From Aplysia californica (lineage: Eukaryota), in NCBI RefSeq assembly GCF_000002075.1, contig NW_004797705.1:176727-240726 (forward strand): DNA of 64,000 bases, given 5' to 3'. Of the stretch, positions 36,878-48,868 are shown one piece after another (within the stretch, counting starts at the first letter, position 1; every line of letters starts with the position of its first letter). The translations under genes and the position numbers were made by a program. The notes beneath the pieces were generated by a model that ran no database searches, was not told the DNA's origin, and saw nothing but the letters and a program-made list of their open reading frames with translations.

Positions 36878-39800
36878 ATGGCCACTGTGATGCATGGAAG
36901 GCGCAAAGGGCAACAGAGGGGTAAGATGACAGCTAAAATAAATAAATTTCTATCTATATTTCGGTTGAGTCCTGTAATTTAGTACTCTGGTCTGATAGCA
37001 ATTATGGCTTGTTGATTGATACGACTCTATTTCACACCACAACAAAACAAAATTCATTTGCTGGCACTGTCCTTTGGCCCGACTTCTAACAGGCATTCAA
37101 TTGATTCCTTTTATGCTACTGTAGAAAAATTATAGGTGGTTTGACAGCCCGTACAACTTGAAACACTAGATCCATCAATATATTATCATGCCAATGCTTC
37201 CTTTACTTTATATCAATCATATTATTTATTATTACATGTCATTCATAGGCCTACTTTATCGCTGCCTTTGCTTTCTAATGTCTGCATTAGGTTTAGATTT
37301 ATATTTACTATCACATTCTTTTATACTACTGGTGTTCCACGTTAGATTCCTAGGAGTTAAACTCCAATAATTTCCTTTGCCAAATGCCGCGCATCTAATC
37401 AATGAGTCTTAAAGCTCGCCATCGATTTACATTGACATTGAGATATATATTTATCTTGTCTGATACATACTTTGATTATATGGCCTCTTCATTCTATTTT
37501 TCTCTGAGTGGACAAAATCTGAAGTAATTTTGTTAGTGACTTCTATTTTTTGGTTTCATTATTCATCTCAAGATCTTTATGAATTGCCCAGCCTTTGAGC
37601 ACCTGCTGAAGCTCGTTCTGTTTTGGAAAGTATAAAACTTGCTTCATTTTCTGGGCCAACTGCACAAATATATACCTCCATTCAAGTCCTAAAATTCGAA
37701 CTTTTAAAAGGGAGCAGTATGTGTAACACTGCTGTGGAAGTATTGAAGGAGAATACTATATGAATTTCAGAGGATAATGAAGCAAGGATGCGTGCAATCA
37801 GACTTCTTTAAAGCATGTTGATATATTTTTTTTAACAGCTATTTCTTGGAAGGAAATTAAATCAATTGAGGTAGTATTTGAAGAAGCCCATATAAAACGA
37901 TCAGGAAAAGACAAATGCCATTTCTGGGACACATGAATAGACATATATTATAAAGGCCTTCAACATCTACATTTTCATTGACAAAATTAATGGCAAACAA
38001 AGCAAGGGTATGTAGACCCAGAGCAACTTAATTGGAGACCCTTAACACTTTGCCATCACAAGGCTCGTAATAGTAAGAACCCCTGACATCAAAGGCAAAG
38101 GCATTTTGAGAAAAATCCCCCAAAACTGGGTGGTAAACATTGCCGATCTTCGAGATGTGACGGCAAAGTGTTAGCAGATGGGTGGCAGGGAAAGTTCAGG
38201 ATCATACATTTTTTAGAAAGCATCTGATCAAAGGAACAAATGGAGATTCATGATGGCAGATCAGGCACTTGATGATGATGATGATTTTGAAACAACACTC
38301 TAATCAGTGTAGGCCTATTTGTTAAGTAAATGCTAATGCTAGCCTGTGTACTTTGTCATGTTGAATGTTTCAACAAAAATGTAGAAAATGAAGTTTGTAG
38401 CTTAATTACTTATTTTACTGGCTGCTGATCATAAATTTGACCCTTAGAACCAATATTTTTCAAATTGCAGTTGACTCTGGAGGCCCTAAAAATGTTGGGA
38501 GAGGTACAATGATGCTTCCAGATGGCACAGATTTGCGCCAGGTCACTGTGCTCAGTAAGGCTGATTGGGAGAGGATTGAGCAGGAACTAAATCGAAAACA
38601 AATTCAAGATGAGATGGTGCGCAAAATTCGTGAAGACAGAGAGGAACAGAAAAGGAAATCTAAAGAGATTATCAAGAATTGGGGCAACACCATTGCAGTA
38701 AGTAAATTAAAATTATTTCTTCTTTAAATGATTACTCTGAGTTGCAATGAATTCTGTTTTTGAATATATGGTTTCATTTGTAATGGTAAATACAATTAAG
38801 CTTTAGTAGCTCAAATTTTCTTTATTAAATCTTCTTAACATGTGTTGACCCCATTAAATTTGGAAAAAATTATTGTTCTGAAACCAAAAATTCATTGTAT
38901 TAATAGACTGAGAGATACACATGCATGTGGTCAGAGGAAAAATTTGTATTCTGCTCTAACATACCAGATACCATTTTGACAAAAGAATTTTTAGGTAAAC
39001 TTAATCCCAGTTCAGTTTAGTAAAAATGCCACTTTCTAAGACTTTGGAGATTGCTTCTAAACATTCTCAATTTCTTTGATGATATGAATAATAACAGTCA
39101 AACCGAAGAAGTTGAGATCTTTAAAAAAAGCGGGGCCACTTTTAAAAGAAAAATATTATGCAATGATAAGAGCCTAGTCATTTAGAATTACATCACAGGT
39201 GCATACCTTTATCTGTACGCATTGATGTAGAGGAAATTGAATTAATATAAATTTCTAAACTTGTTGATCTGCACTAAGTTTCAATCAAATTCCACAATGA
39301 TGTAAATTTTACAAAATGCTGAAAATCTCAGGGCCAAAGGCAGAGGAAACTGGAAGCCCGGAGAGTCAGAGAAGAAAAGGAAGAAGAGGAAAGGAAACAG
39401 ATTGACCTTGAAGAAGCCAAGTACCAAGCTCAACAACGAAAAGAGGCCATTGAGAAGGCAAAAACACAACAGTATTACCAGACTGACCGAGTCAAGAACT
39501 TCCATGTAAGGCCAGTTAACCAGTATAACATAAGCTTTCTTTAGTTTCTTTCTTTTTGATGATTGCATATTTTTATATATTCCAGCCTTAACCCTCATCC
39601 TGCGGGAGCCGGGTTTATGTAGCCCGATAAGCCTATTTCGGCACCTCGCCTGCGTTCTGGTCCCGAGTCAGTGTAGCTCCTGGCTCAGCGCACGCGCAGC
39701 GCACATCCTCTTACGTGTCATTCGGGTCCCGAGTCGGATCCCCATTCACGCAGNNNNNNNNNNNNNNNNNNNNNNNNNNNNNNNNNNNNNNNNNNNNNNN

Positions 39801-40648
39801 NNNNNNNNNNNNNNNNNNNNNNNNNNNNNNNNNNNNNNNNNNNNNNNNNNNNNNNNNNNNNNNNNNNNNNNNNNNNNNNNNNNNNNNNNNNNNNNNNNNN
39901 NNNNNNNNNNNNNNNNNNNNNNNNNNNNNNNNNNNNNNNNNNNNNNNNNNNNNNNNNNNNNNNNNNNNNNNNNNNNNNNNNNNNNNNNNNNNNNNNNNNN
40001 NNNNNNNNNNNNNNNNNNNNNNNNNNNNNNNNNNNNNNNNNNNNNNNNNNNNNNNNNNNNNNNNNNNNNNNNNNNNNNNNNNNNNNNNNNNNNNNNNNNN
40101 NNNNNNNNNNNNNNNNNNNNNNNNNNNNNNNNNNNNNNNNNNNNNNNNNNNNNNNNNNNNNNNNNNNNNNNNNNNNNNNNNNNNNNNNNNNNNNNNNNNN
40201 NNNNNNNNNNNNNNNNNNNNNNNNNNNNNNNNNNNNNNNNNNNNNNNNNNNNNNNNNNNNNNNNNNNNNNNNNNNNNNNNNNNNNNNNNNNNNNNNNNNN
40301 NNNNNNNNNNNNNNNNNNNNNNNNNNNNNNNNNNNNNNNNNNNNTATTTTCATCATCAGTTAACACACTCCCGCGGTATTCATGGCGAAAACACACGTTT
40401 CCCGGCGCGCGCGCTGTACACCAACAATACACACTGAGTGACCCCGGCGGCCTGCCCGGCGAGTCCGACGTAATCGGTTGCTGATAAGATACGCATCTGG
40501 GCACAGACGCAGGATAAGAGTTAATCTTCTTTATATCACTATATATTCATCCATCAAGTTATCACTATGTACCACTTTAGTTGTTTTATTTCTATAAGGA
40601 TGTCTGAACCATTTTTCATAATGGGACTATCATTTATTTATTAGGCCC

Positions 40649-40709
<61 letters not shown>

Positions 40710-43700
40710 ATGTTCTTGAGTTTGAAAGGACACAGCAATATTTTTATTAAATTCACAAGGCTAAATGTAGTTATGCTATCTGTTTTTCAAATACAATATA
40801 CGAAGGACGTCGAGAAAGTAAGTACCGTTATAAAATAATTATAAAAGAAATAATTTTCCCAATCAAAACAATTTATTTTTGAATACCTCATATACATGAC
40901 TACTTCTCCACGTAGTCACCAGAACTGTTGAGGCATTTGTCGTAACGTGGGATGTACTTCTGAATGCCCACATCGTAGAAAGCTGGCGCCTGCAATGTCA
41001 GCCAATGTCCAGTCTCTCCTGTGAGATCAGCGTCTGAGTCGAAGTCCTGCACGGCCAAAAACTTTTTCAAATGCAGGGACAGATGAAAGTCACTCTGAGC
41101 CAGGTCTGGGCTGTACGATGCGTGCTTCAACTGTTCCCATCTGAAGGAGGCGATCAGGTTTTGGGTCTGTGCAGACTTGTGAGGATTTGCATTGTCGTGA
41201 AGCAGAACAACGCCGTCGCTAAGCATACCGCGTCTTTTGTTTTGAATAGCTCTACACAGTTTTTTAAGTGTGTTGCAGTACACGTCAGAGTTAATTGTCT
41301 TCACACTTCCCCAAAATTCTACTAAAAGAACTCCTGGCCTGTCCCAAAACACTGTACACTTGACTTTTTTTCCTGACGCGGCCTGTAGAGCGATTCAAAA
41401 CAAAAGACGCGGGATGCTTAGCGACTGCGTTGTTCTGCTTCACAACAATACAACTCCTCACAAGTCTGCACAGACCCAAAACCTGATCGCCTCCTTCGGA
41501 TGGGAACAGTTGAAGCACGCATCGTACAGCCCAGACTTGGCTCAGAGTGACTTTATCTGTTCCTGCATTTGAAAAAGTTTTTGGCCGGGCAGGACATCGA
41601 CTCAGACGCTGATCTCACAGGAGAGACTACACATTGGCTGACATTGCAGGCGGCAGCTTTCCACGATGAGGGCATTCAGAAGCGCATCCCACACTACGAC
41701 AAATGCTTCAACAGTTCTGGTGACTACGTGGAGAAGTAGTCATGTAAAAGAGGTATTAAAAAATAAATCGTTTTGATTGGGAAAATTATTCCCTCGTACA
41801 TGTTTTTAAAAAAAATTATACTTTCCATTTTCATTAGTATTTTCAAATATATAATTTCAGAGTGCGCTGACCCTCACTGAGGTTCTCAAGGAGCGTGAGG
41901 CTCAAGTGGAACTGAAGCAGTTGAAGGAACAGGCTATGAAAGATCAGGACAAGGAATACATGAAGATTGACTTGGAAATGTATGAGAGGAGTATCCAGGC
42001 AGATCAAGCAAAAGCAAGAGCTCGAATGGAGGCAGCTAATAGGACAGCTGACTTCCANNNNNNNNNNNNNNNNNNNNNNNNNNNNNNNNNNNNNNNNNNN
42101 NNNNNNNNNNNNNNNNNNNNNNNNNNNNNNNNNNNNNNNNNNNNNNNNNNNNNNNNNNNNNNNNNNNNNNNNNNNNNNNNNNNNNNNNNNNNNNNNNNNN
42201 NNNNNNNNNNNNNNNNNNNNNNNNNNNNNNNNNNNNNNNNNNNNNNNNNNNNNNNNNNNNNNNNNNNNNNNNNNNNNNNNNNNNNNNNNNNNNNNNNNNN
42301 NNNNNNNNNNNNNNNNNNNNNNNNNNNNNNNNNNNNNNNNNNNNNNNNNNNNNNNNNNNNNNNNNNNNNNNNNNNNNNNNNNNNNNNNNNNNNNNNNNNN
42401 NNNNNNNNNNNNNNNNNNNNNNNNNNNNNNNNNNNNNNNNNNNNNNNNNNNNNNNNNNNNNNNNNNNNNNNNNNNNNNNNNNNNNNNNNNNNNNNNNNNN
42501 NTACAGCCCTTGGTGCTAGTGATTTTTGTGTGTCTGGCCTATTGTCCTACAAGCACATTGCTCACTGAGCTGTCTAGTACCAGCTCCAGTCTCCAAGTTA
42601 TGACAGTTTTTGTCACAATTGGTGGCTGTTGAAAAACCTTCCCAAGGAGCCAGAATTAATATGGTTTTACCCTTGTTCCATAACATTTCAGTTTCATTTT
42701 GCACTAACCAGTTTTCACAATGAAAATTTGGTGCTTTTAAAGTGTTTTATATGAAAACAGGAAATATGGGGTTAGTACAAGAAAGCTTGTGATATATCAC
42801 CTTCTTTTCGGGTAACTATCATATCCTTCATTTTAAGACTATCACCATATTTAACTGATAGAAGTTTCTTCAGTAATAGTTATGCAGGGGTTTAATTTTT
42901 TGAATTTTGCAGGAGGTGTAAGCCGGGGCAGAACTATTTTTCTTCTCAATTTAACCTCCAGTATAGCCATGCCTACATGTACTTAAGATTTCTTAGGTTT
43001 TTCTATCGCTATCCTAAAAATTGGGTGCTTTTTCCTCTTCATTTTACACTCCGAAGTGTGAAAACCTGAGAACAAGCTCATCTTTGTTCTTTGCTCATAC
43101 CCACATAAATAAAAAATCTCTCATCCTTTCAGGTCCTCAGCATCGATTGTGTTCTTTTTGAAAAAATTCATAAGTTGTGTGATCCTTATAATGATTTTGC
43201 ATACTTTTCATAAATTTCATATAATCTGAAAAGTGCACCAAAGCATGCAAAGAAGACCCATGCACACACTCCATGTACACAGGAGTATCTTGATTTTGTA
43301 GTTAAGACATTGTTCAGACATCTGCACATTTGATCCCTGGCTTGGCCTGAGAGAATCTTTCTTGGGAAAAATAGTGTACGGTTCTTTAATATCTCCTTTT
43401 TATTTTTCTGTAACTAAAGTATACATATTGGGTGTCCTCCACGGGGATAGAGATAGTTAATTTGATGAAGACAGCCTGCCACGTTATGTCATGAAAGTCT
43501 TCATCTGGAAGGAATTCAAGACTATACACTATGTACACAAATAATTAGTGTTTTTGAATTAGAGGGTTTTTTTTAGCGACACCCCAGGGTACAAGCGGAA
43601 GAAAAAAGTAAAGTAAGTTTTTAGCTCAATATTTTGAAAGTACTGCAATTAATTTCTCATGGTCTGTTCATAGGTTATAAAGGACTTCACTGTACAAGCT

Positions 43701-46700
43701 TTGTTTCAGTGTTCCATTATTTTACAACTGGTTTTCTCACCTTGTGTTTTACTAATAATTGTTTGATTTATCATTTTAAGACTTTCTTTTTTGCTATTTG
43801 TTGTTTACTAGCCATATCTTATTGGATGTAATCAAATTATCAAATAAACAAATGTACATTGCCTCCCTTCAATCTGTTTCTTTTTTCTTTTCTTTTCCTT
43901 TTCAATAATAAAAAAAACAACAACAATGTACCAGTGTAGAAAAGTGTATTCCTCTACAACAACCCCCCCCCCAATCTTCTAAGACCATTTTGGTAAGTCC
44001 TATGACCCCCCACACCAGCTATCTTTCCCCTTATGCCATGAAAGGCTTTTACTAAATAGTAGTATTCTCTGTGGCAACCACAGGATTCATGAGCACTTGA
44101 AGTCTGGAGAAAAACTGAGAGTGGAAGACGACAAAGAAGGCGATGAGCTGAAGAAGTTGGCTGTGCAGTTTCAGATTGAGAAGGAGCGGCTAGAGAACAT
44201 CAGGCGTGAAGAGAGGAAATCACTCATGAAGGAAAACGTGCAGCAGATCCAAGATGTGGAGAAGATGAAGATCCTACAGGAGCGACAAGATGAGGTGCGG
44301 TTTTACTTTTCTTTCACTTATAATAGGAACTTGGCAGGGAATGATATTGACTATCTGATATTATTGATAATAGTTGGCTATGAGAAATAATGACAAAATA
44401 TGCTTCACATAATCAGATGTCAAGCCTGGATTCCAATTCTATACAATGCATGCTTTTATTTTGGACTTTTTTTAACATGACTCATGGATTTGTTTTTATT
44501 TCAGGAAGAAGATGAAGAGTGCAGAGTTTTTGCTGCCGCAAAGAGAAAGATGATGAAATTGAGGGCTCAAAAGGAGCAGGATATCCATAAGTAAGTGAAT
44601 TTATCTGATTATGCAAAAGCTGTGCAGTATTCAGTTGTCATATTGTTTGATTGCATAAAAGCAAATAACAAAATACATAACATTCTGGTAGAGGGGGTGA
44701 GGTATGTGTGTGAGGGGGAAGGCGGGGGGGGGGGGGGGTGGGGGGGGAGGAGTTGTTAGCTGTGTATTGACAAGTGGGAACCTGTCACCAACTAACTATG
44801 ATAATGATCTAAGATTATTTATAAAATGAAAGTGACTCGCCAAGGATTTTTCCATGCATGGTTTGGTGTTCCTCCAGCATGTACATCACTAAGCAGTTCC
44901 ACTGTACCATCTAATTAAGTCCAAAATATTCAAAAGGAAGTCTTATTACCCAACTCAGGAAAAGCAATGAAATTCTGGAGACTTTTGGGTGGGTTTTTTT
45001 TAACCCTATTCGAACGCCCTGGGGTCATTTTGTACCCCCGGGGTTGTATTCTTCACATTTTAGAATACTTCTAGTGCAAAGATCTCTTTGAAACTTTCAG
45101 TATTACTCAAAAATAGTGCAAAGATCTCTTTGAAACTTTCAGTATTACTCAAAAAATTATTTTGACAGACTGCTATGCAAAGCGTACGGATCGGATTAAC
45201 GAGTTAATTTCCTGTTTGGAAAGTTGTGGCACAGAGTTCCCCACATTTTATGGATCCGATAGTAAAACACGACGTACAGATAGGGTTAAACTGCTACAAG
45301 CCATTATCTTAGAAAGTTGATGATATGTAAAATTCATGCTCAAATGAAGACTGAAAGAAAGATGTCTCTGGATTTATTCTTATTTGAACTTACTGAATTT
45401 TCTAAAACAAGGAGCTTAATGTTTTCTAGTACAGTAAATTTTGCTACCTCTTTAGGACAGAAATAGTCGTGGTTTATGTCTAGAAATAAAAATTGATTTT
45501 TTTCAGTAAAAGACTTATCCTTTAGTTCTTTTTCTGTTTTAGTTAAACTATTGATTCTGAAAGTTGTTCTATAAAATTCAAAGAAACATGATGTATTGAA
45601 AAATGACTGTTTCTGTTTTCTAATTTTAGCACAAAGCAAGCCCAGTTGGAGCGTATCCGCGAGAAACTTGCTGCTCAGATGAAGCAGAAGATCAGTGATG
45701 AGGAGGACAGGATACGTAAAGCTGTGGAGGAGAGTGAAAAGAAGAGAATGGATGAGGAGAGGGCAAAGGAAGAGAAACTTCTGAAGGAAATCAAAGAACA
45801 AGCAGAACACAGAAATAAACAGGTAAAGAGCTAGAGATAATACTTAAAAATCAAGGAGGTGAAAAACTTGAATATGCTTGGCTCCCATATATATATGGGA
45901 CTGATTGCTATACGCTTTTTTGACACTTTGACTACTTTTTACCTTTATTTAGGATATTGGTCTTAAATTTCACTCTTTTAAGCTTCTGTGCACAATGAAA
46001 CTATGAGTTGCTGTGTTTTGATAAGGGGAAACATAGTAGCCTGCTAAATTCGAAACATGGGACACTTTTTTTTTTTAATATCGTTTTTCAGGTGCAGCCA
46101 TGTGAAACATTACTGAAAGAAATGCCAGCTGAAAAAAATAGTCTTGACACCCTAAAGCTTTCTCAAAACTGAGTGAAATAAGCAACCATATCATTCTTAC
46201 CGTAGTTAAAGACAAGCATCAATGAACTGGTCTTGAAAAGCAGTTTACTATACTCTCCTTTCTTTTTCGTCTGCTGCCACTTATCTGGTGGCTGCTCGCT
46301 GTTACCAAATTTATTTTTAAATTTATTCCATCATGAATGTACAAATTATTTATACTTCCTTTAATCCTTTATGCTCCCCTGCAAGTTGCTAGCTGTGGGC
46401 CTATATTTTTCGATCTACAACACAACACTGTGTTTTGTATGTAGCTGATTTTCCTATATAATAGAACCAGGTTTCAGGATTTTTAAATTATCTTTTCACT
46501 GATAGATTACATTGGTACACTGGAAAGTGTTTTTTCCAGCTAGATTAAGGAATGGTCTTTAATTTTACTCAGTTTAACAGACGAGGGCATGCTTGATCTG
46601 TGCCCTTGTTTGAGAATACAAGGTTGTTGACCCTACCTTCCTGTATAGTAGCTTATCCACTGATAGTCCTTTCATAATCTCACCATAGAACCAGACACGT

Positions 46701-48868
46701 TGTTTTGAAAGAGAAACATAATGTACTTTTGGAGACACCCCCACACACACACACCCTATCCACTTCTTTCATTCTATGGATCAATATCTATTTTCAGTTG
46801 AAAGAAAAAGAAGCACAGAAAAAGAAGTCCAAGATGGAAGAACTGGAGATGTTGGAAATGCGTCGAGCTGCTGATGAACTCTTCAGACAGAATGAAATAG
46901 ACAAGATGATGCGCCGTAAATCTCAAAATGATGATCTACGGAACTTCCTGATTGACCAATATGTGAGTCACTTCATAGTCATAGAAATAGCTGCCTATTT
47001 GACTTGTGACTCGCTTCCTTTGAATGGTGAAATGGTATAGAGGTTTAACACTCCTGTCAACACTTTTAGGTTGTTTAAGAGATAGGACCTCAGAGTTTAA
47101 TACCCATCTCCATAAGGATTGAGCCAAATGGGAAATTCATGTCCACAATATAGTGCCTTTCCCAAGGACAGAATGTCGGACCGAGCTCAGGCTCGTACCC
47201 CGAACACGCAATTTCACGATTACGGGTCCAGTAGCCTACCCACAAGGCTACCGATCGTTTTCTTTGCCAAGAAGAGATGTTCATGTGTGTGGATACAACT
47301 GGCATTTTTGCCTTTAAAAAATAATTCAAGTTTAATCTTTTTATACCTTGAAGAAAATACTAAGTTTATTAAGTCTGTTTGAATTTACTAACGTGCAGTG
47401 GATGATTTTGTTATCGTCCCTGCTACTTTCATTCATGTCTTGAAGGAGAAGAATGAGTTATTGTAGTGTCTAATTCCCCTTTTTTAATATTAAAAGAGAT
47501 TTTACGGGTAAATGTTTTTGAAGGCTGCCGATTTATTGTGATGAAACATATTAATGGTATACAATGGTACCAGGTTTCTAACTTTCATAAGCGTTATAAA
47601 CTGCCCAGAATAGGCAACTGATTGAAGAGAGTCTTGAGCAGGTCTTATCCTTCTAGTAGCTCACATCTGTTGTCTTGCTTTGCCTCCAAAACTAATAACC
47701 ATTATTATATCTTGGTGCTTTAAAAAAAACAACAACCCTCAAACCATGTCATGGAAAGGGGGCTCAGTAGCTCAAAAGTCAGTTTTGTAGTCTTTCCTTT
47801 GAACATTTCTGCTTCCTGATGAAATTTCACTGTTATCAAACGTTGTTGCTGCTATTTCAGAATGAACGCGTGGACAAGGAGGAAGACTCAAAGAAGGCTC
47901 AGCTGGCCCTGGACAAGGCAAATGTTGAGCTCATTGAGAAGGAGGAGGCTCAGTTCCAGGAATATGCGAGAAAGGTAGGCGTACGTTGTAATGGATGGTC
48001 TCTTGCTTCAGATGTTTGGCTTTTCTCAGTGAAGTTTTTCTCAACCTTTTTTATTTGTTTCTCTTACTCAATCCACAACCATCATCTTTCTTTGATGTTT
48101 GTTGTTCTTGTTTTCTTCTTTTATCTCTTTCCATTCACCAACTGTACTCTCAGACTATGCCTTACAAAATGTTGTACATTGTATACGCAGTTGTTATAGT
48201 TTCATAACTGCCTGTCTACTGCCACTAAGTGTGATGAACCTTGTGACTTTATAAATAAAGTCAATGATTGTGTAAAACCCAAAACTCACCAATGACCCAC
48301 AGCTGCATGGATTACTGGTATTCGCTGCACTCATTGATTATTGATGAGTTGTCCTTGTAAAGGGCCACATTTATGATATAACATATGACTACACCCTGTA
48401 AAAACTAACATCAGAGTATAGAAAAGGGCTGCTGGAAATCTGTTCATATTAAGCCTATGTTCCGCTCGCTCTATAAATGTAGTACTCCTAATCCCAGTTT
48501 ATCTAGTATTTGTTCTTGCCTAGTTCTTTCCACTGATTCGGTCACCTACTAAAAGTGTTGACAATGCCATAGGCTACATGGAAACAGGAAGTTTACTTCA
48601 TTTGTCATGTGTCACTCTTGCCCAGGTGATTGACCACAGCAAACAGGGTGGCCGCAATGTCTACCCTCTGGAGAAAGCTGCCCGTGAGGGAGCGGGAGGT
48701 GGTCTTGGCCCAACGTTCCCCGGAAAGGGCGGGATCCGGCCCAGCTACATGGTGTCGGACAAGTCTGGCGTGCAGATGCCGCATTACCAGCGCGATTCCA
48801 CCAATGAGACCAAGCAGCAGATTCATGGCAAGAACCCCAGCAAGAACAGACTAGGGTTTGTGTGGTAG
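36878..48868 (+). CDS. CFAP210: Cilia- and flagella-associated protein 210 (CCDC173), coiled-coil axonemal protein, ~550 aa, 10 visible coding exons
   Basis: Exons 36878-36920, 38471-38697, 39332-39505, 41861->42057 (runs into gap), 44084-44294, 44505-44590, 45630-45822, 46798-46962, 47861-47974, 48626-48868, all phase-compatible. Motifs HGRRKG, LPDGTDLRQVTVLSKADWERI, WGNTIAGQRQRKLEA, YYQTDRVKNFHSALTLTEVLKERE and C-terminal RLGFVW match what I recall of CCDC173. AATAAA near 49047. Confidence 0.92.
38046..38170. mobile_element. piggyBac-like MITE, inverted copy of the 33897-34055 family
   Basis: TTAA|CACTTTGCCATCACA...TGTGACGGCAAAGTG|TTAG. Confidence 0.85.
39592..40520. mobile_element. piggyBac-like non-autonomous element spanning an assembly gap
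   Basis: TTAA|CCCTCATCCTGCG ... CGCAGGATAAGAG|TTAA; GC/CpG-rich interior. Confidence 0.8.
39754..40344. other. Assembly gap
   Basis: N run. Confidence 1.
40648..40707. repeat. (TAT)n microsatellite
   Basis: Direct read. Confidence 0.95.
40801..41796. mobile_element. Mariner (DD34D) derivative made of two inverted copies of the transposase 3' part
   Basis: Minus ORF 41352-40900 (FWDRPGV..LHDNANPH..YSPDLAQSDF..GDYVEK) mirrored on plus from ~41383 to ~41790. Ends TA|CGAAGG and CCCTCG|TA. Confidence 0.92.
42058..42501. other. Assembly gap hiding the end of CFAP210 exon 4
   Basis: N run begins inside the coding exon. Confidence 1.
45004..45285. mobile_element. piggyBac-like MITE with an internal 42-bp tandem duplication
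   Basis: TTAA|CCCTAT...ATAGGG|TTAA; duplication starts at 45072 and 45114. Confidence 0.85.
47120..47252 (-). mobile_element. tRNA-derived SINE fragment
   Basis: Reverse strand shows A-box/B-box-like sequence then gtccttgggaaaggcact; matches 23848-23972. Confidence 0.7.

Noticed and set aside
39715-42632. Long ORFs of 212-252 aa in the ORF track
   Set aside because: Artefacts of translating N runs; only 41861-42057 is a real exon.
43462-43506. Possible Penelope-type minimal hammerhead (ttgatgaagac...gtcatgaaagtc)
   Set aside because: The core deviates from CUGANGA/GAAA spacing and stems I and III are unconvincing; at best a decayed remnant.
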